A stretch of 64,000 nucleotides of DNA from an uncultured Gemmatimonadaceae bacterium (GTDB taxonomy: Bacteria; Gemmatimonadota; Gemmatimonadetes; Gemmatimonadales; Gemmatimonadaceae): assembly GCA_963740355.1 (NCBI GenBank), contig CAVUDW010000002.1, positions 960,001 through 1,024,000 on the forward strand, given 5' to 3'. Within the stretch, counting starts at the first letter, position 1, and the number at the start of each line of letters is the position of its first letter. Below, piece after piece: positions 32,803 through 43,897 of the stretch. The position numbers and the translations under genes were made by a program. Under the pieces are notes generated by a model. That model was not told the DNA's origin. It searched no databases and was given only the letters and a program-made list of their open reading frames with translations.

Positions 32803-34443
32803 ATGATGCGTCGTCCTCGCTGGGTTGTGGTGGTTGGTGCCGTCAGTGCCCTGAGCGCAGCCATGCTGCCCACTCCAGTACAGGCGACGATCGCATTCGC
32901 CTCGGCCTCGACGCCGCGCGCCGCGAGCTACGACGCCCTGGTGACCTTCTTCCGCGACTGGCGCGCCTTTCAGCGGGCGCCGATCACGAATAGTGCGCCG
33001 GACTACTCGGTCCGCGCGATGGCGGCGCAGCAACGTGCGTTGCCGACGTGGCAGCGTCGGTTGGCGGCGATCGACACGACGGGATGGACCGTTGCCCAGC
33101 GTGTGGATTGGCACATCGTGCGCGCTGAGATGGCGGGACTGGAATTCGATCATCGCGTGCGCCGGCCGTGGGCGACCAATCCTGCGTTTTATGTGACGGT
33201 GTTCGGCGACCAGAGCGATCAGCCGGGTCGTGAAGGGCCGTTCGCCGATGGCGCGATCGAAGTCTGGGCCGAGTCTTTTCCGTTGAGCACCGCACGCGCT
33301 GATGCAATGCGCAGTGCACTGCGTGCGATTCCGGTGTTGCTCACGCAGGCACGCCTCAACCTCACCGGCAACGGCGCTGATCTCTGGAAGTACGCCGGCG
33401 GCAGCGTGCGCGGTCAGAGCGATGAGCTGAAGGTGCTGGCCACGAAGGTGCCCGCCGATCTCGCGGCTGACGTGCAGCGAGCCAGAGAGGCCACCGATGC
33501 GTTCGCCACCTGGATCGATGCGCAGGCGCCACTGAAGCGGGGACAGTCAGGAGTCGGCATCGCGAACTACAACTGGTACCTGAAGAACGTGATGCTGGTG
33601 CCGTACACCTGGGCCGAGGAGGTGGCGATCATGGATCGCGAGCTGGCCCGGTCACAGGCGCTGATGACCCTCGAGGAAGTGAAGAATGCTGCGCTTCCGC
33701 CGCAGGTGCCGTTGAGCAGCCAGGCCGAACACACGCGCCTCTACACGCAGGGCGTGACCGACTACATGGCCTTCCTCAAGGCGCATGACATCATGACGAT
33801 CCGTCCCGACATGGATCCGGCGTTGCGCGCGCAGACGGGATCGTTCATTGCCGGGCCACGCGAGTTCTTCTACGAAGTGGACTACCGTGATCCGGAAGTG
33901 ATGCGGACCCACGGCTTCCACTGGTTCGATCTCGCGTACGCCAAGAACACCCCGCATGCCAGCCCGATCCGCCGCGGCCCGCTGCTCTACAACATTTTCG
34001 TCACGCGCACCGAGGGGAACGCGACGGGGTGGGAGGAGATGATGCTCGCGGCCGGCATGTTCGACAGCAAGCCGCGCTCACGTGAGCTGATCTACATCCT
34101 GCTGGCGGAACGTGCCGCGCGCGCACTTGGTGACCTGCGCATGCATGCCAACCAGATGACCCTCGAGGAAGCTTCGGCCTACGCCTCGAAATACACGCCG
34201 AGAAACTGGTTGCGTATGGACGGGAAGCTCGTGCGCGGAGAGCAGCACCTCTACCTGCAGCAGCCCGGATACGGCACCAGCTACGTGATCGGGAAGATCC
34301 AGGTCGAGGAGCTGATGATGGAGCGCAAGCGCACACTCGGCGAGAACTTCTCGATGCGACAGTTCATGGACACGTTCACCGCGGCCGGCCTGATTCCGAT
34401 GTCGCTGCTGACCTGGGAGATGACGGGAATTCCGCCGCGGTGA
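32803..34443 (+). CDS. DUF885-family secreted protein
   Basis: Signal peptide; EGNATGWEE, RAARALGDL, QPGYGTSYVIGKIQ, MRQFMD. Confidence 0.8.
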   Translation: MMRRPRWVVVVGAVSALSAAMLPTPVQATIAFASASTPRAASYDALVTFFRDWRAFQRAPITNSAPDYSVRAMAAQQRALPTWQRRLAAIDTTGWTVAQRVDWHIVRAEMAGLEFDHRVRRPWATNPAFYVTVFGDQSDQPGREGPFADGAIEVWAESFPLSTARADAMRSALRAIPVLLTQARLNLTGNGADLWKYAGGSVRGQSDELKVLATKVPADLAADVQRAREATDAFATWIDAQAPLKRGQSGVGIANYNWYLKNVMLVPYTWAEEVAIMDRELARSQALMTLEEVKNAALPPQVPLSSQAEHTRLYTQGVTDYMAFLKAHDIMTIRPDMDPALRAQTGSFIAGPREFFYEVDYRDPEVMRTHGFHWFDLAYAKNTPHASPIRRGPLLYNIFVTRTEGNATGWEEMMLAAGMFDSKPRSRELIYILLAERAARALGDLRMHANQMTLEEASAYASKYTPRNWLRMDGKLVRGEQHLYLQQPGYGTSYVIGKIQVEELMMERKRTLGENFSMRQFMDTFTAAGLIPMSLLTWEMTGIPPR

Positions 34444-34455
34444 TCTGCCCCCGTT

Positions 34456-34504
34456 GGTGCATGGTGGGTGCATGGTGGGTGCATGGTGAGTGCACGGTCG
34501 GTGC
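34456..34504. repeat. 11-bp tandem repeat GGTGCATGGTG x3 plus degenerate copies
   Basis: Seen directly between convergent genes. Confidence 0.85.
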
Positions 34505-34556
34505 GGCGAACCGTCAGGCGCCGCACCGCGCCATGTCTGCGATGGCTGGCTGGTGA

Positions 34557-35339
34557 TCAGACGCGCTTGTAGACACGCTGGGTCAGCAGCCGCTTGATCC
34601 AGCTCGGGATGTAGCGCAACAGCAGCACGATCACCTTGTACTGCGCGCCTGGGATGCAAATGACGGCGCCATTGGACTCGAACTGTCGGAGCGACGTTTC
34701 CACGACGTTTTCCGCCGCGAGCCACAGCCACTCCGGCGCCTTGCCGCGCTGGTCAAACTGCATGCGGGCATGGAACTCCGTGTGTGTGAAGCCGGGGCAG
34801 AGCGCCTGCACCCGAATGCCGAACGGCGCACATTCCAGCGCCAGCCCTTCGCTCAGGCTGCGCTGATAGGCCTTGGTGGCGCAGTAGTTCACATTGCCGG
34901 TGCTGTTGGCGAAGCTGGCGACGCTGGAGACGGTGATGATGCCGCCGCGCCTGGCCGGCTTCATGACGCGCAGTGCCGCCTGCGTCAGTCGGTTCACGGC
35001 CAGCACATGGAGCCGGAGCATCTGGTCCTGCGCTTCGAGCGGGGCGTCGGCCAGCTCACCCTTGGTGGCGAATCCTGCGTTGTTCACCAGCAGGTCGAGG
35101 TGGCCCGCGGCAGCGATCGCCGCGGCCGCCGCCTCGGCGCCGGCATCGGTGCTCAGGTCCGCCACCACTGCCGTGGCACTGGCGCCGAGCAGCCGGAGTT
35201 CAGCTGCCAGCGCCGTCAGGCGTTCAAAATCCCTGGCTACGAGGCACAAGTCGTAGCCGCGGGCGGCCAGTTTGGTGGCGTACACCTTGCCGATGCCAGA
35301 GGAGGCACCGGTGACGAGGGCAAGCGGACGAGGAGGCAT
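34557..35339 (-). CDS. Short-chain dehydrogenase/reductase
   Basis: TGASSGIG, LVNNAG, YCATK, CPGFTHTEF. Confidence 0.95.
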   Translation of the reverse strand: MPPRPLALVTGASSGIGKVYATKLAARGYDLCLVARDFERLTALAAELRLLGASATAVVADLSTDAGAEAAAAAIAAAGHLDLLVNNAGFATKGELADAPLEAQDQMLRLHVLAVNRLTQAALRVMKPARRGGIITVSSVASFANSTGNVNYCATKAYQRSLSEGLALECAPFGIRVQALCPGFTHTEFHARMQFDQRGKAPEWLWLAAENVVETSLRQFESNGAVICIPGAQYKVIVLLLRYIPSWIKRLLTQRVYKRV

Positions 35340-35455
35340 GCTGGAATAATGGCATTCTGCACTGTCCGGTGTCCTGCGGGACCGGGGTCACCCGGGCTAA
35401 ATTTCCCTGTTCGAGCAGGGCTCCGTTTTCTCTACAGCCATTGGGAGTGCCAGCG

Positions 35456-36211
35456 GTGAAGATCGCCGTGTGCATCAAGCGCGTCGCCGACATGGGTGCG
35501 CGTTTTCAGATTGGCGCCGACGGCGCCTCGGTGTCAGACACCGGTATCAAGTACGACATCAGCGACTTCGACGAGTGGGCGGTCGAGGCGGCGCTGCAAC
35601 AGAATGAGAAACATGGCGGTGGCGAAGTCACCGTCATTTCGCTGGGACCGGATGCGGCGCAGGAAACGATCCGCAAGGCACTCGCGATGGGTGCCGACAA
35701 GGGTGTGCACCTGAAGACCGACAAGATTCCGTTCGATGGCTTTGCGATCGCCGAAGCGTTGGCGGCGGAGTTGAAGGATGGTGGCTACGACCTGATCCTG
35801 TTTGGCCGCATCGCGGTTGACAGCGCCGCCGGTGTGACCGGCGCGATGGTGGCCGAGCTGCTCGGCTTGCCGTGTGTGACGGCCGTCTCGAAGCTCGACA
35901 TCAGCGGTACCAGCGGGACTGCCGAGCGCCAGGTCGAAGGGGGCGTCGAGACATTGTCATTCCCGTTGCCGGCACTCTGCACGATCGACCAGGGCCTCGT
36001 GACCCAGGCGCGGTACCCGAGCCTGAAGGGCATCATGGCCGCAAAGAAGAAGCCGCTCGAGAGCAAGCCGGCACAGCTTGGCGCGATCTCCGTCAGCGTC
36101 CGCAAGATGGAACTACCACCGGAGCGTTCCGCCGGTCGCATCGTGGGTGAAGGTGCGGCTGCAGTTCCGGAACTGATCCGACTCCTCCAGACCGAAGCGA
36201 AGGTGCTCTGA
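35456..36211 (+). CDS. etfB: Electron transfer flavoprotein beta subunit
   Basis: KIAVCIKRV, DEWAVEAAL, ALAMGAD, RYPSLKGIMAAKKK. Confidence 0.96.
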   Translation: MKIAVCIKRVADMGARFQIGADGASVSDTGIKYDISDFDEWAVEAALQQNEKHGGGEVTVISLGPDAAQETIRKALAMGADKGVHLKTDKIPFDGFAIAEALAAELKDGGYDLILFGRIAVDSAAGVTGAMVAELLGLPCVTAVSKLDISGTSGTAERQVEGGVETLSFPLPALCTIDQGLVTQARYPSLKGIMAAKKKPLESKPAQLGAISVSVRKMELPPERSAGRIVGEGAAAVPELIRLLQTEAKVL

Positions 36212-36212
36212 G

Positions 36213-37202
36213 ATGGCAAACAACATTCTGGTGGTGGCAGAAGCGCGCGCCGGTGATGTGCGCAAGGTCGCACTCGAAGTGGTGACGGCCGCGCGCACAG
36301 TGGCTGATGGACTGGGTGGCGAGGTGCACGCGATGGTGTTCGGTGCCGCGGGCATCGGCAGTGTCGCTGCCAAGCTTGCGGCTGCAGGGGCTGACGTCGT
36401 GTTGGTCGTGGAGCATGAGGGCTTCGCGACATACAACGCAGAAGCGTCAGCAGCGACGGTGGCAGCGCACATCACGAGCGGCGGCTATCGGGCCGCGCTC
36501 TTCGGGGCGAGCGCGATGGGGCAGGATCTCGCACCGCGTATCGGTGCCAAGCTGCGAGTGGGTGTTGCAGCTGACGTGGTGGCCGTTGGTGTGGAGGGCA
36601 GCGACATCGTCGTTCGCCATCCGATGAACACGAACAAGATCATCGCCACCATGGTGCTGTCGTCCACGCCGGCCTTGGTGAGTGTGCGACCGGGCGCCGT
36701 GAGCGTGGGTACGACCGCGAAGGCCGGCACCGTGCAGTCGGTGGCGCCAGCGATGGATCCATCGGCCGGCCGCGTGAAGGTGACCGGAGTGACGATGGGT
36801 GGCGGCGCGAAGCTCGACCTCGCCGAGGCACCGGTGATCGTGAGCGGTGGTCGCGGCCTCAAGGCTGCCGAGCACTTCTCGCTGGTCGAAGACCTCGCGG
36901 CCGCATTCGGCAATGCTGCCGTCGGTGCGACCCGCGCCGTGACCGATGACGGCTGGCGTCCGCACAGCGACCAGATCGGCCAGACTGGCCGACAGGTTTC
37001 ACCCGATCTCTACGTGGCGGTCGGCATCAGTGGCGCCATCCAGCACATCGCTGGCATGCGCAACTCGAAGACGATCGTGGCCATCAACAAGGACAAGGAT
37101 GCGCCGATCTTCAAGGTCGCCGACTACGGGATCGTCGGTGATGCATTCGAGATCATGCCGGCGTTGACGGCGGCGGTGAAGGCCGCGCGCGCACAGCACT
37201 AG
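36213..37202 (+). CDS. etfA: Electron transfer flavoprotein alpha subunit
   Basis: [29 protein letters not shown]. Confidence 0.96.
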   Translation: MANNILVVAEARAGDVRKVALEVVTAARTVADGLGGEVHAMVFGAAGIGSVAAKLAAAGADVVLVVEHEGFATYNAEASAATVAAHITSGGYRAALFGASAMGQDLAPRIGAKLRVGVAADVVAVGVEGSDIVVRHPMNTNKIIATMVLSSTPALVSVRPGAVSVGTTAKAGTVQSVAPAMDPSAGRVKVTGVTMGGGAKLDLAEAPVIVSGGRGLKAAEHFSLVEDLAAAFGNAAVGATRAVTDDGWRPHSDQIGQTGRQVSPDLYVAVGISGAIQHIAGMRNSKTIVAINKDKDAPIFKVADYGIVGDAFEIMPALTAAVKAARAQH

Positions 37203-37333
37203 GCTGCTGGTTCTGATATGTGAAGGGCTCTGCGGGCGCGGTCGCGATGACTGCGCCCGCCGTTAGTTTCCGGGAATCAGGATCGTGCCAACTGGCGCGG
37301 TCCCTTCGCACGCTCCACCGAACTGGGATCGCC

Positions 37334-39415
37334 ATGTCCGGGCAGAACTTCGCATTTCTGATCGTCCTCATCGTCGCGCTGGGCTTCTTCAGCTACAACA
37401 TCCAGCGGCTGGTCAGCTACCTCCGACTCGGCAAGGCGGAGAACCGGCTCGATCATCCAGGGCGTCGCACGTGGAACCTGATCACGATTGGATTTGCGCA
37501 GTCGAAGATCTTGCGTGAGCGCGGGGCGGGACTCTCGCACGCCTCGGTGTTCTGGGGTTTTCTCGTTCTGACCGCGGGCACGGCCGAGATCCTGCTGCAC
37601 GGCGTCTGGCCCGCGTTCAGCTACGAATCGATTCTGCCGCGGCTGCTCTGGCAGCTGTTCATGCTGAGCCAGGAGTTGTTCGCCGTGGTGGTGCTGGTTG
37701 CGGTGAGCTGGCTTCTCTGGCGCCGATTGGTGGCACCACCCCGGCGATTGCAGGGCAAGGAGATTCACGGTACGGAGGCGGTTATCATCCTCTGCGTGAT
37801 CGCCGCGCTGATGCTGACGATCTACACCACCGGCGCCCTCGAATACGCGTCAGATCCTGCAGTACGGAATACGCAGTTCGGGTGGTTTCGCCCGATCTCC
37901 ACCGGGCTTGGCGCGTTCCTTACAAGTGTGCCGGGCACGCACGCCGCGCATGACGTGAGCTTCTGGGCACACGCACTGCTGGTGCTGGGCTTCCTCAACT
38001 TCCTGCCGTACTCGAAGCATCTTCATGTCGTGAGTTCGCTGATCAACGTCTGGTTCAGTGATACCAGCGGGCCGGCGAAGATCGGCGTGATGCGCCCGAT
38101 GGACCTCGAGGCCGAGGTGGAGCAGTTCGGCGCCAGCGACGTCGATCACCTCTCGTGGAAGAACCTGCTCGATGGCTACAGCTGCACCGAGTGTGGTCGA
38201 TGCACTGCTGCCTGCCCTGCGAACATCACCGGCAAGCCACTCAGTCCGCGCAAGATCGTCGTCGACACCCGCAAGCGCTTGATGGAGAAGGCGCCTTTGC
38301 TGGCCGGTGAGCTGGACGTGCCGGGGAGTGCGGCGCTGCTGCTGGGTGCAGAAGGTGGCAAGGCGGCCTTCGACAACGTGCTGCTCGACAACTACATCAC
38401 CGAGGACGAACTCTGGGCCTGCACCAGCTGTCGCGCCTGCGTGACTGAATGTCCGGTGAGTATCGACCAGCTGGACATCATCAACGAGCTCCGTCGCGGC
38501 CTGGTGTTGAACGAAGGCCGCTTCCCGGAGGAAGTGCAGCCGACCTTCGAGTCACTGGAGACGAACGCCTCGCCGTGGGCCTTCAGCCCGGCCGATCGCG
38601 CGCAGTGGAGCGAAGGGATGAACATCCCGACGTATGCCGAGGCGTTCGCGGAAGGGAAGCGTCCGGACATCCTCTTCTGGGTGGGATGCATGGGCAGCTT
38701 CGACGATCGCGCGAAGAAGATCACGGTCGCATTCGCGCGCATCCTGCAGGCGGCCAACATCGACTTCGCGATCCTCGGACAGGAAGAGACCTGCCACGGC
38801 GACCCGGCCCGTCGCCTTGGCAACGAATATCTCTACCAGACGCTGGCCAAGGGGACGATCGAGACCCTCGATCGGTATGAAGTGAAGACAGTCGTCACCT
38901 TCTGCCCGCATTGCTTCCACCAGATGGGCAACGAGTTCCCGCAGCTCGGTGGCAACTATGAAGTCATCCACCACAGCACGTATATCGAGCGGCTGCTGAA
39001 CGAAGGCCTGATTCCGCTCAACACGGAGCATGGCAAGCGCCTCACGATGACGTATCACGACTCGTGTTACCTGGGCCGCTACAACGACGTCTACAGCGCT
39101 CCGCGTGAGACGCTGAAGCGTGCGCTGCCGATCATGACGCTGGTCGAACCGGTGCGCACCGAAAGTCGCGGCCTCTGCTGCGGCGCCGGCGGCGGTCGCA
39201 TGTTCGTCGACGAAATGGTGGGCAAGCGCATCAACGTCGAACGCACCGAGGAACTCGTCGCCACCGGTGCCGACGTGATCGCCGTCGCCTGTCCGTTCTG
39301 CATGACGATGATGACCGATGGCGTGGCCAAGCTCGAGAAGGACGTCTCAGTCCTCGACATCAGCGAAGTCGTCGCCCAGCAACTGCTTCCGTCGCGTCAG
39401 AGCCTCAGCGCGTGA
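37334..39415 (+). CDS. Membrane Fe-S oxidoreductase (FadF/HdrD-like; probable ETF:quinone oxidoreductase)
   Basis: N-terminal TM domain with [19 protein letters not shown] and [15 protein letters not shown] domains ([16 protein letters not shown]). Confidence 0.92.
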   Translation: MSGQNFAFLIVLIVALGFFSYNIQRLVSYLRLGKAENRLDHPGRRTWNLITIGFAQSKILRERGAGLSHASVFWGFLVLTAGTAEILLHGVWPAFSYESILPRLLWQLFMLSQELFAVVVLVAVSWLLWRRLVAPPRRLQGKEIHGTEAVIILCVIAALMLTIYTTGALEYASDPAVRNTQFGWFRPISTGLGAFLTSVPGTHAAHDVSFWAHALLVLGFLNFLPYSKHLHVVSSLINVWFSDTSGPAKIGVMRPMDLEAEVEQFGASDVDHLSWKNLLDGYSCTECGRCTAACPANITGKPLSPRKIVVDTRKRLMEKAPLLAGELDVPGSAALLLGAEGGKAAFDNVLLDNYITEDELWACTSCRACVTECPVSIDQLDIINELRRGLVLNEGRFPEEVQPTFESLETNASPWAFSPADRAQWSEGMNIPTYAEAFAEGKRPDILFWVGCMGSFDDRAKKITVAFARILQAANIDFAILGQEETCHGDPARRLGNEYLYQTLAKGTIETLDRYEVKTVVTFCPHCFHQMGNEFPQLGGNYEVIHHSTYIERLLNEGLIPLNTEHGKRLTMTYHDSCYLGRYNDVYSAPRETLKRALPIMTLVEPVRTESRGLCCGAGGGRMFVDEMVGKRINVERTEELVATGADVIAVACPFCMTMMTDGVAKLEKDVSVLDISEVVAQQLLPSRQSLSA

Positions 39416-40073
39416 TGCGCGAGAGGGTGATGGTGTGGGTGCGGCCGCCGGCTTCGATATCGACTTTCGCCACTGTCTCGCAGGAGAGCGCGTGGCTGAT
39501 GCACCAGTCGGGGAAGCCGGCGGAGCCGACGCGGCCGGGGTCGGCGATCCAGCCTTCACCGTGCTGGCCGAGTGACTGGGCCATCACGCGGGCGATGAGC
39601 GGCGCGTTGCGCTGTTCGTAGAGCACGTCCGAGGCGACGATCATGTCGAAGCCGCGCAAGTCGTTCGGCCAGCTGTTCCAGTCGGCACAGCGGGCCGTGA
39701 TGTCGACCTGTGCGTTGCGCCAGGCGTTGATGCGGGCGAAGTGTGGTGAGTCCTCGTAGTAGTCAGTCGCCGTGACGTCGAAGCCGGCTCGTGCCGCGGC
39801 CGTCGCGACCACGCCGCTCCCACACCCCAGTTCGAGCATCGTGCGCCCTTCTCCGCGCAGGCCGCGAAGGAAACGGGACAGCACCACCGATGCTGGCCAG
39901 AGGTCGGCCCAGTATGGCAATCGATCATCGACCGCAAAATCCTGCTCCGAGATCAGCTCATCGGAGTTCGCCGGATGCAGGATCTGGATCACTTCGTCGG
40001 CCGCAATCGTGACCGGCGATTCGATCGTGCGGAACCGACTGCGCAAGTCGAGTTCGAGCGCGTCGGGAGTCAA
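39405..40073 (-). CDS. Class I SAM-dependent methyltransferase (Methyltransf_16-like)
   Basis: [32 protein letters not shown] start overlaps moeA stop. Confidence 0.88.
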   Translation of the reverse strand: MTPDALELDLRSRFRTIESPVTIAADEVIQILHPANSDELISEQDFAVDDRLPYWADLWPASVVLSRFLRGLRGEGRTMLELGCGSGVVATAAARAGFDVTATDYYEDSPHFARINAWRNAQVDITARCADWNSWPNDLRGFDMIVASDVLYEQRNAPLIARVMAQSLGQHGEGWIADPGRVGSAGFPDWCISHALSCETVAKVDIEAGGRTHTITLSRITR

Positions 40074-41323
40074 AACGTCCAAGCAACCGCCATCTGTGAG
40101 TTGTCGTGCAGCAGTACCGCGTGCGCTGATGCGCCCTCGGGAAGATACGTCACATCGTGCGGAACGATCAGCAGTGCATTGGCCGCGGCCATCGACGTCA
40201 GCATCCCCGATCCTTGCGGGCCCGTCAGTGCAGCCCGCCGGTCCGGTGTCACGACCGCGCGAAGAAAATGCGTCAGGCCACCCTGCGTTCGCACCGGTTC
40301 CGCGACCGTCACTGGCACCGGTGTGCGCACCACGTTCGTGTGCCCCCTCAATCGCAACAGCGCCGGGCGGACAAACAGCTCGAACGTCACCATCGACGAG
40401 ACCGGATTGCCAGGCAGGCCGAACCACGGCCTTCCACCAAGATTACCGAAACCGAATGGACCACCCGGTCGCATTCGCACACGCCAGAAGTCGAGTGATG
40501 CACCCAGCCGTTGCACCACGTCACGTGTGTAGTCGAACGCACCGACACTGATGCCACCGCAGGTGACGAGTACATCGAATGGCGGGGCCGACGTGATGCA
40601 CTCGGCGATCGCCTCGGGGTTGTCGACAGCGATCCCAAGCTCGATGGGGATGCCACCCGCGTCGCGCACTGCCGCCGCCAGGGCATAGCCATTCGTGTTC
40701 ACGATCCGACGTCCGGCCAGCACCTCGGCGAATCCATCGACATCGACCAGCTCGTTGCCCGAGCTGAGGATGGCCACACGCGGACGACGCACGACGTCGA
40801 GAGTGCGTCGACCGCTGCCAGCGGCGAGTCCGATGTGCGGCGGCCGCAACACCGTGCCGGCGCGCAACAGGGTGTCGCCCGCCGAAAAATCCTCGCCACG
40901 CGGCCGCACATTGCGTTCGACATCCCGATCGTTGGTGATGTGAACCACGACTTCGCCCGCATCCGTGTCCTCGACACGAATCACGGTATCGATACCATCG
41001 GGTACTGGAGCGCCGGTCATGATCCGCCATGCGGTACCACGATCCACCGATGTCGGCGCAGCGTCGCCCGCCGCAATGGTCCCTCGGACGGGTAGCAGCA
41101 CCGGCGCAGACGGACTCACGCCGCGTACATCGAGCGAGTGCACGGCATAGCCGTCCATCGCACTGTTGCGCCACGCCGGATGAGTGTGCGGCGCGACGAT
41201 CGTCTCGTCCAGCACACGATCGAGCACGTCAGCAAGCACGACCGGCTCGCTCTCCAGTGGTGCAACGGCGGTCAGGATGCGTGCGATCGCATCCTCGACC
41301 GGAAGGCGTGCCGGTGCTGTCAT
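40070..41323 (-). CDS. moeA: Molybdopterin molybdotransferase
   Basis: SAMDGYA, IMTGAPVP, SSGNEL, GGISVG, GLPGNPVS, QGSG. Confidence 0.96.
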   Translation of the reverse strand: MTAPARLPVEDAIARILTAVAPLESEPVVLADVLDRVLDETIVAPHTHPAWRNSAMDGYAVHSLDVRGVSPSAPVLLPVRGTIAAGDAAPTSVDRGTAWRIMTGAPVPDGIDTVIRVEDTDAGEVVVHITNDRDVERNVRPRGEDFSAGDTLLRAGTVLRPPHIGLAAGSGRRTLDVVRRPRVAILSSGNELVDVDGFAEVLAGRRIVNTNGYALAAAVRDAGGIPIELGIAVDNPEAIAECITSAPPFDVLVTCGGISVGAFDYTRDVVQRLGASLDFWRVRMRPGGPFGFGNLGGRPWFGLPGNPVSSMVTFELFVRPALLRLRGHTNVVRTPVPVTVAEPVRTQGGLTHFLRAVVTPDRRAALTGPQGSGMLTSMAAANALLIVPHDVTYLPEGASAHAVLLHDNSQMAVAWTF

Positions 41324-42846
41324 GGAGCCGCCCTGCCCATCGAGACCAATCGCTCGACGATCAGCTCGGCGATCCGGTCAACTTCGCGATTCGGCACCGT
41401 GAAATTGTTGGCGATGATGGAGAAGATGACTTCTTCGCCACCGGCGGTGGTGACGTATCCAGAGAGTGCGCGCGCCTTGTCGATGGTGCCCGTCTTGGCG
41501 AAGACGCGTCCGGCGGCGAAGGAGCGCATCCGATTCTCCAGTGTGCCGTCGACACCCGCCACCGGCAACGCATCGTGGTAGACGCGGTAGTGTGGGCCGC
41601 GCCGCATCGTGTCGAGCACCTGTACCACCAGCCGTGGCGTGAGATAGTCGTGTCGCGACAACCCACTGCCGTCGCGAATGGCATGGGCGTCGGTGCGCAC
41701 GCCCCACGCCGCGAGCTGTCGCTCGACCACCGCTCGGGCACTGTCGGGCCGACCCACACCCGTCGCCTCGAGCGCGATGGTCCGGAACAGTGCTTCGGCA
41801 ATCTGGTTCTGCGATGGCTTCTGCATCGCACCAAGCACCTCACGCAACGGGAGCGAGCGGAGCACGAAGACCGTGTCACGTCCTGCCGGACGCTCGGCGC
41901 CATCGGTGGCCGCGATCCCGGCGCGTGTCAGCGCCTCGACGACTGCGGCGGCGTAGGTCGCACGCTCATCGGGCTGCGACGCGCTGAACTGCACCGAATC
42001 ACCGGCGGCAATTGCGCCACGCACCGTGATGCCAGGAATCTCGAGCGAATCCCGCCACCATTCGAGCACCGGTGCACCCGTGCCACGACCGAGCGTGATC
42101 ACGTCTGCGTGGATCGGAGGCGAATGCTTGAGTGGTGCGGATGTCACACACGCCCTCTTCGCCACTGCGCCGCACCCGGCGACCGTGATGTCGGCGAAGC
42201 CCTCATTGAACAGGAGCTCCGTGACGCCGGCGCCATACGCCGCATCGAGGTCGTCCCAATCCCAGCCGTAGCCGAGCGGGCTCCCGGGAAAGTTGTGGCG
42301 CACGTCAGGGGCCACGCGACCCGCGATCCGTTTCACGCCGGCGGCGCGGAGTGCGCTGACGAGTGAATCGAACGCCGTCAGCGGATCGGTGCGCATCGAC
42401 ACCGACACACTGGGATCACCACGCCCAGTGATCACGAGATCGCCGCGCAGCACACCATTCACGATCGGACCGGTGCGAGTGAACGTCGTACGCCACTGAA
42501 AGTCGGGACCCAGCGATGTGAGGCCAACGGCCGCCGTGATCAACTTCTGGTTCGACGCCGGCATCACCAGTCGGTCGGCCTGCACTGCAGCCAGCGTGTC
42601 CCGACGGTCTGGTGCCACGATCAGGATGCCCCAGTGGGCGCTGCTGAACTGCGGCAGGTTGACCAGCGAATCGACGAACGCCTGCAGCGGCGGGGCGAGA
42701 CTCGGTGTGCTTGCTGGCGGCGCTGGCACCACTGCCGCGGGCGTTGGCGCGGAGGTCGGCATCGGCGTCACGACCGGCGCCGTACGTGCGCAGCCAACTG
42801 ACATGGCACACAGCACAGGCATCAGCATGAAGCGCATGCGCGTCAC
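41320..42846 (-). CDS. dacB: D-Ala-D-Ala carboxypeptidase/endopeptidase (PBP4, peptidase S13), lipoprotein
   Basis: PASNQK (SxxK), SQN, DGSGLSR, AKTGT. Confidence 0.94.
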   Translation of the reverse strand: MTRMRFMLMPVLCAMSVGCARTAPVVTPMPTSAPTPAAVVPAPPASTPSLAPPLQAFVDSLVNLPQFSSAHWGILIVAPDRRDTLAAVQADRLVMPASNQKLITAAVGLTSLGPDFQWRTTFTRTGPIVNGVLRGDLVITGRGDPSVSVSMRTDPLTAFDSLVSALRAAGVKRIAGRVAPDVRHNFPGSPLGYGWDWDDLDAAYGAGVTELLFNEGFADITVAGCGAVAKRACVTSAPLKHSPPIHADVITLGRGTGAPVLEWWRDSLEIPGITVRGAIAAGDSVQFSASQPDERATYAAAVVEALTRAGIAATDGAERPAGRDTVFVLRSLPLREVLGAMQKPSQNQIAEALFRTIALEATGVGRPDSARAVVERQLAAWGVRTDAHAIRDGSGLSRHDYLTPRLVVQVLDTMRRGPHYRVYHDALPVAGVDGTLENRMRSFAAGRVFAKTGTIDKARALSGYVTTAGGEEVIFSIIANNFTVPNREVDRIAELIVERLVSMGRAAP

Positions 42847-43472
42847 GACTGCTCCGGAAGAAATTCGATCCACTCCGCAGCGCGTGCGAGGTCGGCGGGC
42901 GTGTTGACGTTGAAGAACGTGCGCTGGCCGTCGTGATCACTGCCCTTACTTGCAATCGGCCAGCGTGCTCCGCCAACCGCGTCGGCCAGTGCATGCGCTG
43001 CGCGTTCGCCTGCGTCGAGCAGCCATGTCGCCGTGTCGGCGCACCCTGCCGCGTACGCGGCGCAGAGCGGCTCCAGGCGTCCATCAGGATGGACGGGCAC
43101 GCAGCACTCCGCACCCGATTCAACTTCGATCACGAGTGCCTCGAGCACCTCGGCCGTCACGAACGGCATGTCCCAGGCGCAGACGACCACGGTGCGTCCG
43201 CCACCGGCCACCATCGCAGTCTGGAGCGCGCTCAGCGCGCCCACGCCAGGCACGATGTCCCGTACCACGCGATGCGCGGGAAACCAGTCCGCGGCGTCAG
43301 CGGCGTTCGCTGCGATCACCACGTCATCGCAGACGGTGTGCAGCGCGCGAAGGGGATAGTCCGCCACACGCGCTCCGCCAAGCGGTTGCAGCCCCTTTGG
43401 ACGGCGGTCGAATCGTGTGCTGGCACCACCGGCGAGCAGCACTCCACACCGTGGCTGCCTCGCCATGGTCAC
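42843..43472 (-). CDS. mobA: Molybdenum cofactor guanylyltransferase
   Basis: LLAGGASTRF..PK, DMPF, EPLCAAY, FFNVNTPAD. Confidence 0.92.
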   Translation of the reverse strand: MTMARQPRCGVLLAGGASTRFDRRPKGLQPLGGARVADYPLRALHTVCDDVVIAANAADAADWFPAHRVVRDIVPGVGALSALQTAMVAGGGRTVVVCAWDMPFVTAEVLEALVIEVESGAECCVPVHPDGRLEPLCAAYAAGCADTATWLLDAGERAAHALADAVGGARWPIASKGSDHDGQRTFFNVNTPADLARAAEWIEFLPEQS

Positions 43473-43897
43473 GCCGGTTCGTAGGTCGCACTGAGTGTCG
43501 CGTCTTCGGCCACCACGACGCGCGTGACGCGCACACTGGCGGGAAGGCGCGCCTGCACTCGCTCGGCGATGAAGCGCGCCAGTTCCTCACCAGTTGGCAC
43601 GAGTCCGGTCACCTCGTCGAACTCCGCCACATCGAGGTTGATGTTGCGGTGATCGAAGCGCGACCTGACTTCTTCCTGCAACACCTGGTCGAGCAGGCCA
43701 AGATCCACCAGCATGCCCGTCTCGCGCGCCACCGGACCACTCACACTCACATCGCACACGTAGCTGTGGCCGTGGAAGTTCGGACGGGCGCACAGACCAA
43801 ACGTGGCCTCGTTGCGTGCGTCGTCCCAGTCCGGACGTCGATAGCGATGTGCCGCCGCAAAAGACACGCGGCGGGTGAGCGTGGTGCGACCGCTCAT
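43469..43897 (-). CDS. 6-pyruvoyl-tetrahydropterin synthase / QueD family protein (C-x5-HGH type)
   Basis: FAAAHR, CARPNFHGHSY, GMLVDL, FDHRNIN, PTGEELA. Confidence 0.9.
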   Translation of the reverse strand: MSGRTTLTRRVSFAAAHRYRRPDWDDARNEATFGLCARPNFHGHSYVCDVSVSGPVARETGMLVDLGLLDQVLQEEVRSRFDHRNINLDVAEFDEVTGLVPTGEELARFIAERVQARLPASVRVTRVVVAEDATLSATYEPA

